Of a stretch of DNA of 64,000 nucleotides, positions 52,913 through 61,616 are shown piece by piece. Each line of letters starts with the position of its first letter. Position 1 is the first letter of the stretch. Below the pieces are notes generated by a model that was not told the origin of the DNA, did not search any database, and saw only the letters and a program-made list of their open reading frames with translations. The stretch covers positions 28,753-92,752 of IMG/VR virus record IMGVR_UViG_3300037504_000674. One strand, written 5' to 3'. The position numbers were made by a program, and so were the translations under genes. This DNA is from a virus.

Positions 52913-52986
52913 TGCCCCCACCAGGACTCGAACCTGGAACCCACTAATTAGAAGTTAGTGGCACTATCCACTTGTGCTATGGGGGC
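52913..52986 (-). tRNA. tRNA-Arg(TCT), isolated
   Basis: ACTAA-CT TCT AA-TTAGT. Confidence 0.9.
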
Positions 52987-53024
52987 TGGTGCCGGTTTTG
53001 GCGTGATCCGGCAACACTTAGCGA

Positions 53025-53836
53025 TTAAGCGCGGATCCCGAATGTCAAGTTAAACTCTGGTAGTTGCAGGCCGAAAACGCGCTCTTGCCGTGGGCTGATG
53101 TATACGTATCTGATGACAGGCTCCCCGCCGTTACGGAAGTTGATCACATCCGTGACGCGGACGCAGTTGCCTGTCGCTCGGTTGTAGTACGTTCTGTCAA
53201 TCATGTCGCTGTGTGCTTGGCATTGATAAACAAAGCGTTTCACTTTTCCCTCCATGATATTAGCCATTCTGGGTACGAGACTATCTCGCCCCTGATTACG
53301 AACTTAATTGTGATGTCTTCGCAACCTGGGATACCCCTAGTTTGCATGGTGTGGCCTATGATACTGCGGCCACACCCAGACACCTCCCAAAACCTTGTGC
53401 TCCGCACGTAGCCGAACACAATTAAGACAACCACTAGCACCGCGACGCCGAACAGTAGAACCTTCACCTAGATACTGCCTCTAGCAGCGCAATCAGCGCC
53501 ATGACTGGCCAGAACGCCGCCACCAGCGTCGCGGATACTATGACGCAGAGGGGGCTACGCAAAGCCCCCCTCTGAACCTCCCTGGCGACCAGGAGCAACA
53601 ATGTTGATATTGCTCCAACTGCGTAAACACCCCACAGGTTAACCATTGACTGCCTGCGTGGGTGTCGGTGACTCGAACGCCACATCTTCGACGTGACCGT
53701 TAACGCACTCGCCACGAGCGTTACCACCGCCAGAGGCGCGCAGCTTGGCGATCAATGCTCTGTTGATAGGAACGAACATCGCTTTTCCGCACACCCTGCA
53801 ATTGATTACGTTCATGCCCATCTTCGGGTTCCTCAT
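53025..53836 (-). other. Four small coupled ORFs (53639-53836 zinc ribbon, two membrane proteins, one hypothetical)
   Basis: Overlapping start/stop codons; AGGAGG RBS before 53836. Confidence 0.5.
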
Positions 53837-53865
53837 CTTGCCTCCTATGACTAGTATACGTACAC

Positions 53866-53893
53866 ATTATATCACCGACGCGATGAATTACAA
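53866..53893 (-). promoter_or_regulatory. Sigma70-type promoter TTGTAA-N16-TATAAT
   Basis: Extended TG; -35 lies inside the inverted repeat CGCGATGAAT...ATTCATCGCG. Confidence 0.55.
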
Positions 53894-53924
53894 GTGACAT
53901 TCATCGCGCTGAAACCGCAATCTG

Positions 53925-54245
53925 TCACCGCATTTGCAACACAGCGGCCCGCTCTTCCGCATCGTTCTTTGGATTGCCGGGCCTAGCGCGAAGCCGATAC
54001 TTGGCGATGCACATGTCCATCGCCGCATCGACATCCATGCCACACATACTGGCTGCGGCATGGATAGCTTTGACGGCGTAGTACACCACATCTGCGAGCT
54101 CTGTCAGCGCGCCGAGGTGATCGTCATCCACTATCGCCGTCTTCAGCTCTTCTTGCTCTACTGATAGTTTTTGAACAGCCCTGTAATCTGGAATACCGCT
54201 CGGCAAACGAGCGGCTAGTTCCAGAATTTCTTTTATCTCTTTCAC
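53925..54245 (-). CDS. MazG-like NTP pyrophosphohydrolase
   Basis: KL..E..EL..A......ALTELADVVYY. Confidence 0.65.
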   Translation of the reverse strand: MKEIKEILELAARLPSGIPDYRAVQKLSVEQEELKTAIVDDDHLGALTELADVVYYAVKAIHAAASMCGMDVDAAMDMCIAKYRLRARPGNPKNDAEERAAVLQMR

Positions 54246-54262
54246 AGTTTCCTCCAGGTGCG

Positions 54263-54490
54263 CTACAAATCATCGACTCTTTCCCTAACAACCGCAAACT
54301 CAACAACCTCAATACATTCTGGTATTGAGGCCCAGAAGCCATTAACTTCATCGTTCCAGCAACTGTGCTCCCACAACATCTCTTGAAGCCCAGGATTTCC
54401 TGAATCATCAAGAGTTTTCACGGTGACAAACTCTCGTTCTCCAAGAATCTGAGCTGCCTTGTCTGCGGAGACCCAAACCCAATCAGCCAT
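54263..54490 (-). CDS. Hypothetical protein
   Basis: GAGGAGG RBS. Confidence 0.6.
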   Translation of the reverse strand: MADWVWVSADKAAQILGEREFVTVKTLDDSGNPGLQEMLWEHSCWNDEVNGFWASIPECIEVVEFAVVRERVDDL

Positions 54491-54504
54491 ATGTTTCCTC
54501 CTCT

Positions 54505-54552
54505 CAGTGGTGGGGGCTTCGCGGGATTGCCGGGATAAGCTCCCGGCGGGCC
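54505..54552 (-). ncRNA. Repeated pseudoknot element, copy A (5' half only)
   Basis: GGCCC-GCCGGGA/TCCCGGC-AAT-CCCGCG-AAG-CCCCCACCACTG. Confidence 0.55.
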
Positions 54553-54561
54553 CTTCCCGCA

Positions 54562-54816
54562 TTATCCTTCTGCGAAGGCCGCAGCTTTTTCAAATGCCTC
54601 CACCTTCAGTTTGTCTTCATCCTCGAACGGCACCGTTTTTTCCCAGAGCGTCTTGTAAGGATCGCTCTTCAGGAAAATTTGTGCCGTGGCCTCCGTGTTC
54701 ACTAGCGTAAACGGAGTCCAGTCCGTGATAAACCGAACGACAACACCCTCTCGCTCGTATCGAAGTTCTAACACGTTGCTGTCCACCTTCTTGAACCCAC
54801 GATTCACCTTATCCAT
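54562..54816 (-). CDS. Hypothetical protein
   Basis: GGGAGG RBS. Confidence 0.6.
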   Translation of the reverse strand: MDKVNRGFKKVDSNVLELRYEREGVVVRFITDWTPFTLVNTEATAQIFLKSDPYKTLWEKTVPFEDEDKLKVEAFEKAAAFAEG

Positions 54817-54845
54817 TTCTATTCCTCCCTGTTTAACTAACCTTC

Positions 54846-54930
54846 TCCCCACCACCTGCCCGCTTTTCGGGCTTACCCCGCGCCACCAGTAGTGGGGATT
54901 TGCGGGATTGGCAGTGGTGACGGGATGCCA
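54846..54930 (-). ncRNA. Repeated pseudoknot element, copy B
   Basis: Conserved architecture with different hairpin sequences. Confidence 0.65.
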
Positions 54931-54945
54931 GCCCGGCCGACAATG

Positions 54946-55932
54946 TCACTCTTCGTCGGACGTCTCGCCGGGTGCCTCGGGCGTCTCGGGCGCTTTCGGC
55001 ACACGCCAGCGGCTCCGCGTCCAGTACCGCCCTCCTCCGCCCGCTTCCGCGAGCGGCAACTCAAAAAATTCCCCAATTGAGTATCCGTGGTTTTCGTTTC
55101 CAAGCGCATCCAGATACTCTGTCAGTATCTGATGTGCCTCAAAGGGGTCGCTTGGTACACCAAATGGCACCTCTAGTAGCCTGCATGCGGGCCCAGCAAC
55201 GTCCTCCCAATTCACGAGGACTTGCCGATGGTCCTTGTGACTATAAACAACGGCCTTACCACCAAGATTGAATATGTAATTCTGGCAACAATGCGCCAGT
55301 ACAACTTTGATTGCCGTCATGCTCGCCTCATTGAGCGACACCTCAGATGACCATCCGTCCCGGCAGCAGCCCCAGCAGCACATCGTTCTTCTCCTTCGTG
55401 TTGTGCCCAGCCCATGGTGGCGCGGGGCCTTGGAGCGGTGCGTGGTATTGTGGGCTGCCGCATACCCCCTGGACGAGAAGCCTGTCCAGGATTTAAACTC
55501 GGACGACAGGAGCTCGCGCTCCTCCTCAGAGCCGCCGTAGGGGCGAATCTCGCCCTCCACGACGAATCCCGCCCCGCTCCGCACGATTTTGCCGACATCC
55601 CCGTCGGCAAAATCGCCGACGGGCATCGCGACAGCGCCGCGACCATCTGGCGGGCCGCCGTTATCATCCGCTGGGTTGCATCCCACAATCTCGATTACAG
55701 CGTCAATATACAAAATTACCAAAATCAGGATGTTGCCGTCTAGGGCCGGGTCATCTTCCGGGTCATTCTCATTTCGATCCCACCCCAGCATGCGCTCAAG
55801 CTCCTTCATGCGCGCAACAAGCGCGCGCCCGCGCTCCGTCGTCGGTTCGCCCTGCTCGGGCAGTTCGCCACGGTGGAACAGCTCGAGCGAGATGTCGCTG
55901 TGCTCCTGCTTCAACTTGGTTTCATTTAACAT
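54946..55932 (-). CDS. Hypothetical protein (possibly two in-frame genes)
   Basis: AGGAGG RBS at the start; low-quality middle; second Met at MTAIKVV. Confidence 0.4.
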   Translation of the reverse strand: MLNETKLKQEHSDISLELFHRGELPEQGEPTTERGRALVARMKELERMLGWDRNENDPEDDPALDGNILILVILYIDAVIEIVGCNPADDNGGPPDGRGAVAMPVGDFADGDVGKIVRSGAGFVVEGEIRPYGGSEEERELLSSEFKSWTGFSSRGYAAAHNTTHRSKAPRHHGLGTTRRRRTMCCWGCCRDGWSSEVSLNEASMTAIKVVLAHCCQNYIFNLGGKAVVYSHKDHRQVLVNWEDVAGPACRLLEVPFGVPSDPFEAHQILTEYLDALGNENHGYSIGEFFELPLAEAGGGGRYWTRSRWRVPKAPETPEAPGETSDEE

Positions 55933-55952
55933 TTGCTTCCTCCTGTTTAACC

Positions 55953-56246
55953 CTATAACACTTCTATGACAACCCCATCTTCAAAATTACACCGGAAACA
56001 AATCGAGATGCTCTCGCCGGCTTGCGTCGCAAAGCGGAATTCCACTTCGATCGCGTGTCGGCAATGAGCAATAACCCCCCAATCCTCATCCAATTCCATA
56101 ACACCCAGCTCCCTGTGCGCTATGGCACGTGCCCTATGCAACATATTTTCAATCACCGAATCCTCTCTGCTTGCTCGACCTTCTCTCCACGACTTGTGAC
56201 TATCTTGAGTGACTTCTTCGAGTCGCTCTAAAACCTCCGCCTCCAT
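55953..56246 (-). CDS. Hypothetical protein
   Basis: GGAGG RBS. Confidence 0.55.
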   Translation of the reverse strand: MEAEVLERLEEVTQDSHKSWREGRASREDSVIENMLHRARAIAHRELGVMELDEDWGVIAHCRHAIEVEFRFATQAGESISICFRCNFEDGVVIEVL

Positions 56247-56549
56247 CTATTCCTCCCTATTTGTTAGACTTTCCTCCCCACTACCGGGGGCACCCCAAAG
56301 CCTTTCCCTTTCCGCTCGTGCCCGTGCCGCCGCCAGCGCCGCCTTGCGCACTAACCATCCGGGTGACTGTAGCCTACTACCGCTGGCGTCAAACCACGCA
56401 GTAGGATCACCGCAAAAGGCTGGCACAAACTCAAACTCAAGCTCAACTGTCATGTCATCTAGGAATACAACTTTCACCATCGGCTCTTCGATTTTGACGA
56501 TGATGTTATACTTGCTTTCCCAAACCTTCTTAGCCTGCGCGGGTGTCAT
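56247..56549 (-). CDS. Hypothetical protein
   Basis: GGAGG RBS. Confidence 0.55.
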   Translation of the reverse strand: MTPAQAKKVWESKYNIIVKIEEPMVKVVFLDDMTVELEFEFVPAFCGDPTAWFDASGSRLQSPGWLVRKAALAAARARAERERLWGAPGSGEESLTNREE

Positions 56550-56552
56550 ACC

Positions 56553-57092
56553 CTATCCTCCGCAGCCCTCGCAGGCTGGGCTTCCGAAGAAGTCAGTCCC
56601 CGAGGCCGACATCCCGCAATAATGGCATACGGGATCGGCCTCGTCTACGGGGGCCTCGAACCGCTTCGCCCATCGTCGGGCCTGCTCATGAACGTCTCCG
56701 GTTGCTTTAAAAGCAAACTCGCAATCACCATTTCCCATACTCAGGTAAACAGCACTGCTCTCCGACACAGAGAGTAGATACCTATCACCTATATAAACCA
56801 CCCTAAGTATCTCTCGGCGGCCTCCCGTGCCGAACGAGGGCTTGTACCACGTCGCGCCTACGCGATTCAGCGCTTTGGCGGACTCGTAATCAACCGCGTC
56901 AACCCTGCTCAGATACTCTTCCTGAGCACCATTCTCACGGTCGATTGCAGCTTTTGCGTCCTCAATGGTCTCGAATCCGTAACCGGCGGTGGCCTGATAC
57001 GGCTTGCCGCCAAGACGTCGATTTAAATACGAGGCACTGAATTTGCCATCCTGGTTAACTCTAATTACGCCATCGTGATAATGCTTATTCAT
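56553..57092 (-). CDS. Hypothetical protein with C-terminal zinc ribbon
   Basis: CHYCG...CEGC. Confidence 0.6.
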   Translation of the reverse strand: MNKHYHDGVIRVNQDGKFSASYLNRRLGGKPYQATAGYGFETIEDAKAAIDRENGAQEEYLSRVDAVDYESAKALNRVGATWYKPSFGTGGRREILRVVYIGDRYLLSVSESSAVYLSMGNGDCEFAFKATGDVHEQARRWAKRFEAPVDEADPVCHYCGMSASGTDFFGSPACEGCGG

Positions 57093-57753
57093 TGCTCTTC
57101 TCCTTGGTTTGCATCACCTTAAAATGATCGGACAAGTATAACTCGTACAGGTGCTCCGCCTCCGACAGTGCATCATCGGTGGCGCGGACGCCGTCCTCCA
57201 ACACCTCGAACTGGTCATCAAGCTCGGTTTGCTGTAGGAAATACACAAGGTCATCGACAGTTGCGAAGTGTGTATCCTCCTCCCATCGAGCTCCATACGG
57301 GAGGTGTCTCACCACCCATCCTAATGCGTCATCGCGGATGCATTCGATACCCGCGACGATAGCGTGGAACTGGTTGGAAGCGCCGCCTTCGACCAGAATC
57401 TCCCCGTCTTTCAGCACACGGAACGAATGATCCCGTTCCGTGTAATCAAGGACGTAGGGCCCTAGCGCCAGGGCGTCCTTGAGTTCTGGCTTGATGAACT
57501 CAAACAGAAACTCACAGGCTTCGTCGCAGTACCTGAAATTTGTGAGCTGGAAAAATGGGGAACCGACTAACGCAATACTATCATCAAGTAACATGTTGGC
57601 GTACTTCGACGATTTTCCTTTGGTTGCTCGCTTGAACAGATCGTCGTTGTAACGCTCGTTATATTTCCGCATAGCCGCGAGGTCTGTGGTATTGACTTCA
57701 GCTTTCGCCGCCTCGTTCATCTTCGAGTATTTTTTGTGTATATCGGAAAACAT
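57085..57753 (-). CDS. Hypothetical protein, paralog of 51819..52235
   Basis: AAGGAG RBS; shared N-terminal domain. Confidence 0.7.
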   Translation of the reverse strand: MFSDIHKKYSKMNEAAKAEVNTTDLAAMRKYNERYNDDLFKRATKGKSSKYANMLLDDSIALVGSPFFQLTNFRYCDEACEFLFEFIKPELKDALALGPYVLDYTERDHSFRVLKDGEILVEGGASNQFHAIVAGIECIRDDALGWVVRHLPYGARWEEDTHFATVDDLVYFLQQTELDDQFEVLEDGVRATDDALSEAEHLYELYLSDHFKVMQTKEKSNE

Positions 57754-57757
57754 TTTT

Positions 57758-58153
57758 TCACTCCTTTAGCCACAGGTAGCCCAGTTCATCTCGGTCGAAC
57801 GTGCTATTGCAAGCACGCTCAAACAGACGCACATTGTCTTGAGCAGAGTGGGTCGGCCTAAACCAGATTTGCACAACCCGCTCGGATGAGATAATCTCAT
57901 CCCGCAACTCAAGCCCAACTCTCCTGAGCTCCGGGACAAGCGCGTCCATGATTTCGCTGGCGTACTCCTCTTCGTCTTTTCGCCAGCCGAGCGACACTGC
58001 GAGGGATGGATAAACCGCCCCCGACTGGTGTTTGCTAACGTATGCAAACACTACGTCGCCGCCCTCGATTGGCCCACCACGGGGCGCCTCAGTGGTGGTG
58101 ACCCATTCTTCTTTACCCCGCATAACGGGGCCGACCATTTTCACCTTAGTCAT
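57758..58153 (-). CDS. Hypothetical protein
   Basis: GGAGG RBS. Confidence 0.55.
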   Translation of the reverse strand: MTKVKMVGPVMRGKEEWVTTTEAPRGGPIEGGDVVFAYVSKHQSGAVYPSLAVSLGWRKDEEEYASEIMDALVPELRRVGLELRDEIISSERVVQIWFRPTHSAQDNVRLFERACNSTFDRDELGYLWLKE

Positions 58154-58157
58154 CTTA

Positions 58158-59315
58158 TTATCCTCCAAATAACCTTGATAGCCAGCCCCGCCGTTTGGGC
58201 GGCTCAACAACAGCCCATTGGCGGCTTTTCCCTTGCACATACTCATGAACTTCGTCATCGCTGACGAAGCTCCCTTGGAATCGCACCGACCGACCGGGGA
58301 CCGACAGAATCCCATCACCCCGCCCGGCCAACTTCTCCGCACCCGCGCTATCTAATACCACGCGGGAATTCACGGCAGACGCCATGGTGAAAGCCACGCG
58401 CGCCGGGAAGTTAGCTTTCACGACGCTATTCACAACGTCCGCTGTTGGATATTGGGTCGCCAAAATAATATGCAACCCTGCGGCCCTGCCCTTCTGAGCA
58501 ATGAGCGTCAACTGACGCTCAATCTCTTTTCCTCTATCGCTCATGACGAGATCGGCATACTCGTCAATCACAATAACGACATCTTGGTCGCCGCTCAGGC
58601 TAATATCTTTGCGGCGACCGCACACTTCAAATTTCAGTTTAATACCTCCGGAGGTGAGTTGCTTGAAGTCCCTCACGCCCTCCTGGGCCATGGCCTGGTA
58701 GCGGTGCTCCATGACCGCTACCAGGATTTTGATTGCCGCCAGCGCCTCAGGGGGACTACGGAACACCATCCCGCCGCTATGCGGGGCTGACACGAACGGC
58801 GTCAGCTCAACACGCTTTGGGTCAATCAGGAATAGGCTCAGGTCTTCTGGCGAATAATCGCGCACCAGCGAACACAACATAGCGTTGATGCATACGCTCT
58901 TGCCGGAACCCGTTTGACCGGCAATCAGAACGTGCGGAGAGATACTATCTCTCAAATTCAACGCGGCCTCTTTACCCTTTACTGTCTCCCCAAACCGGCA
59001 CCACAGGCCGTCTCCGGCCTGGCTGTTGGGCAGCGATACATTCTTGCTCGACTTCTTCGGGACCTCAATCCAGATTTCCCCATCATCCACCTTGAGCGTC
59101 AATCCTCCAACGCCCAGGGCGACACCCACGTCTGTGAGACTTGATTTAATTTGCCTCACAGTCAAATAATCTTTTCTCTCGCGCCCGGTTGGCGTATAGC
59201 GCCTTCCGGGCTCAACTCGGAATCGTGTAAGCTGAGGTGCCTCGACAACCTCAACCACACTAATTTCCTTGTTGAATCTGCTGTACGCCCCCTCAATGTC
59301 GTTTTTATCCATCAC
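58158..59315 (-). CDS. FtsK/SpoIIIE-family ATPase (soluble; no TM or gamma domain)
   Basis: PHVLIAGQTGSGKS, LIDPKRVEL, IVIDEYADL, GRAAGLHIILATQ, GAEKLAGRGD. Confidence 0.9.
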   Translation of the reverse strand: MMDKNDIEGAYSRFNKEISVVEVVEAPQLTRFRVEPGRRYTPTGRERKDYLTVRQIKSSLTDVGVALGVGGLTLKVDDGEIWIEVPKKSSKNVSLPNSQAGDGLWCRFGETVKGKEAALNLRDSISPHVLIAGQTGSGKSVCINAMLCSLVRDYSPEDLSLFLIDPKRVELTPFVSAPHSGGMVFRSPPEALAAIKILVAVMEHRYQAMAQEGVRDFKQLTSGGIKLKFEVCGRRKDISLSGDQDVVIVIDEYADLVMSDRGKEIERQLTLIAQKGRAAGLHIILATQYPTADVVNSVVKANFPARVAFTMASAVNSRVVLDSAGAEKLAGRGDGILSVPGRSVRFQGSFVSDDEVHEYVQGKSRQWAVVEPPKRRGWLSRLFGG

Positions 59316-59659
59316 TCCTCCAGGGGGTTAGTCTGGCCGTAGGCCTCCCCTCTTGAGGAGAAGCCGGCCCACCCCAGTGGATATCGCTCCTCCAGGAGGA
59401 CCCTCTCCGAACCCGTACCATCATAACCCTCAATGATATCACCCTGCACCACTAGCAGGGCGCCCTCGCGGACCAACTCTTTGACCGCGAACGGATCAAA
59501 CTCATCTAGGGGCGCGATCCACGCCGTGCCGTCTGGCGGGGCTCCGTTATCGTCTGATAGGATTCGGCCCTGCCCGCTCCGAATCTCATTTAGGCGCTCG
59601 AACACTTCGTCTTGATTAAAACCGCTTGCAACTTTAACAAGTAATTCTTCCCTAATCAT
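59312..59659 (-). CDS. Hypothetical protein
   Basis: GGAGG RBS. Confidence 0.55.
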   Translation of the reverse strand: MIREELLVKVASGFNQDEVFERLNEIRSGQGRILSDDNGAPPDGTAWIAPLDEFDPFAVKELVREGALLVVQGDIIEGYDGTGSERVLLEERYPLGWAGFSSRGEAYGQTNPLEE

Positions 59660-59680
59660 TTTTTTCCTCCGTTTAGTTTT

Positions 59681-59772
59681 CTCGCTACCCCCTGCTCCCA
59701 CTTCGGGAGCTTACCCCGCACCACCAGGGATAGCGAACCTGCGGGATTGCCGGGATGGGCTCCCGGCGGGCC
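59681..59772 (-). ncRNA. Repeated pseudoknot element, copy C
   Basis: Full architecture with compensatory changes. Confidence 0.7.
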
Positions 59773-59774
59773 TG

Positions 59775-60248
59775 CTAGTTCACCCACTCAATGCGGTCAA
59801 ACTCAAACCGCATTGGGGGCTCGACTGAAATTTCAACATATCCCGCACGCTTTTCATCAATCCTAGCACGCGGATTTGCGAACCCGACAGCACCGGCAAC
59901 ATCAGCTTCAAACATGTTGCCGTCAGAATACGCGAATTCCCGCTTCTGCGTTTCCGGGCGTTCGCCAGGAACGCTATACACAAACCCAATACGCGGGAGT
60001 GCGACGCGCCCCAGACACGCCAGGCCCCACATCGCCTGCGCCACCATCGGCGGCGCGGCTTGAAAAATGACGTGAGTAAATTCACTTGCGCTGTCGAAAA
60101 TGAGGTTTGTCACGTCATCCGCATCTTTGAATGTTGGGTTGATATTCTTGAATTTGACTCCATCGCCGCCAACGTACTCGGAGTACTCACCTTCCGAGTA
60201 CGGGTGACGACCCACCACCAATACATGCGCGTCTGTATGCGCCTTCAT
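59775..60248 (-). CDS. Hypothetical protein
   Basis: AGGAGG RBS; flanked by element copies D and C. Confidence 0.6.
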   Translation of the reverse strand: MKAHTDAHVLVVGRHPYSEGEYSEYVGGDGVKFKNINPTFKDADDVTNLIFDSASEFTHVIFQAAPPMVAQAMWGLACLGRVALPRIGFVYSVPGERPETQKREFAYSDGNMFEADVAGAVGFANPRARIDEKRAGYVEISVEPPMRFEFDRIEWVN

Positions 60249-60277
60249 CTTTTTCCTCCTGTTTGATTAACCCTTTT

Positions 60278-60368
60278 TCCCCACCACCTGCTCCCGCCTC
60301 GGGAGCTTACCCGGCACCGCCAGCGGTGGGGATTTTGCCGGATTGCCAGGATGGGCTCCTGGCGGGCC
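60278..60368 (-). ncRNA. Repeated pseudoknot element, copy D
   Basis: Full architecture with compensatory changes. Confidence 0.7.
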
Positions 60369-60384
60369 TTTTCCGCACTTCCCC

Positions 60385-60885
60385 CTATATACGCCAGTCT
60401 CCATGCACACTCCAGATGCTGGAGACTTCCTCCATCCTACTGAGCAGTCCTTCAAGGTCGTCGAAGGACTCAGTGTAGTGTGGCGGCAGGCCGCCACGAC
60501 ACCACGCCAGACGCGGCTTGTCGTGGTTGCGGGTATCAGCCCACAAGATTGTGTCGCCGCCGTGCGTGGCGGCTCGCAGTCTACAACCACGATTGAGGGT
60601 CTCCGTGATACCCTCCTGGCTCAGGATGACCCATTCAAAATCCGACCACACGCTAAGCGTGATGTGTTCAACATCATGTTTGGCCCGCTCGGGGTCCCCG
60701 GCATCCGAGACTGAGATGCGGCCCTCGACCCCCGCCTCAATCTCGATTTCGGCATTTGGGAACTCCTTGCAGAGCTCCTGGCGTACCCGGTCGATGAACT
60801 CTTCCTGGGATGCTTCCGCATCCCAGCCGTCGGAGTACTCCGATCCGAAGAGGTAATCATGCGCGAGCTCAATCTTGATGAACAT
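60385..60885 (-). CDS. Hypothetical protein
   Basis: GGGAG RBS. Confidence 0.55.
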   Translation of the reverse strand: MFIKIELAHDYLFGSEYSDGWDAEASQEEFIDRVRQELCKEFPNAEIEIEAGVEGRISVSDAGDPERAKHDVEHITLSVWSDFEWVILSQEGITETLNRGCRLRAATHGGDTILWADTRNHDKPRLAWCRGGLPPHYTESFDDLEGLLSRMEEVSSIWSVHGDWRI

Positions 60886-60904
60886 TTTTTTTCTCCCTTT
60901 CACA

Positions 60905-61303
60905 CTATATTTTATCAGACTCAAACACCGGGTAGTTTTCACGAAGAGCTGCACAGAGCTCTCGCTCCGTGCATTCTTCATGCACGTCGTAAACAATTTT
61001 GTCTTCGTCTGGGACCCTGTGCATTGTTTGTGTGTAAACAACGTCATGGGACGTGGCTTCTTCTATTTCCATGTCCACATCATCGGGCAGGCTTTCGCCA
61101 GGCACCGGTACCGCGTAGGTCATGCACGGCCACAATTCAACGCTTGGCGAAAGCGAGCACACATGAACTCGCTTGTTGGGGTCATACACGTAGACAGTGA
61201 AGATGTTGGAGATGTTGTTTTCGCGCAGGAAACTGTCGTTCCAGTACTCCGTTTCGTCAATCTTGATTGCAACCATATTCTTTTTCATGTTACCCTCCTC
61301 CAT
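60905..61303 (-). CDS. Hypothetical acidic protein
   Basis: GGAGG RBS (start probably 61288). Confidence 0.55.
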   Translation of the reverse strand: MEEGNMKKNMVAIKIDETEYWNDSFLRENNISNIFTVYVYDPNKRVHVCSLSPSVELWPCMTYAVPVPGESLPDDVDMEIEEATSHDVVYTQTMHRVPDEDKIVYDVHEECTERELCAALRENYPVFESDKI

Positions 61304-61616
61304 GCATACTCAACAACAAGAACGCGATAGCGTCCTTGTGCGACACACTCTGAAACTCTTCATTGTCCACGTTGACCTCAAAGGCCAACGCTTCGGGATG
61401 CTGTTTTAGCACGGCTTCAAGCCAATCTACTTCATCCTGGTTTGCGGCACACAAGTGTGTGCCGCACTCCCTGAGGACCCAAACAAACTCGTTTGGGCAA
61501 TCATCGCCCAAGAGTCGGTCCGCGTCGTGCAGTAGGTCGCTTTTGAAATGCTTCGGCAGGCCAGTCTCGTTTGATTCCTCAATCATATTTTGCCAGACTT
61601 TTTGCTTACTGTTCAC
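61290..61616 (-). CDS. Hypothetical protein (F.W.LRECGT.L motif)
   Basis: AAGGAGG RBS. Confidence 0.6.
   Translation of the reverse strand: MNSKQKVWQNMIEESNETGLPKHFKSDLLHDADRLLGDDCPNEFVWVLRECGTHLCAANQDEVDWLEAVLKQHPEALAFEVNVDNEEFQSVSHKDAIAFLLLSMHGGG

Noticed and set aside
54505-60368. Assigning the repeated element to HDV/theta, twister, twister-sister, pistol or hammerhead ribozymes, or to a simple terminator
   Set aside because: Their diagnostic junction sequences and the HDV P3/L3 were not found; no U-tract on the sense strand
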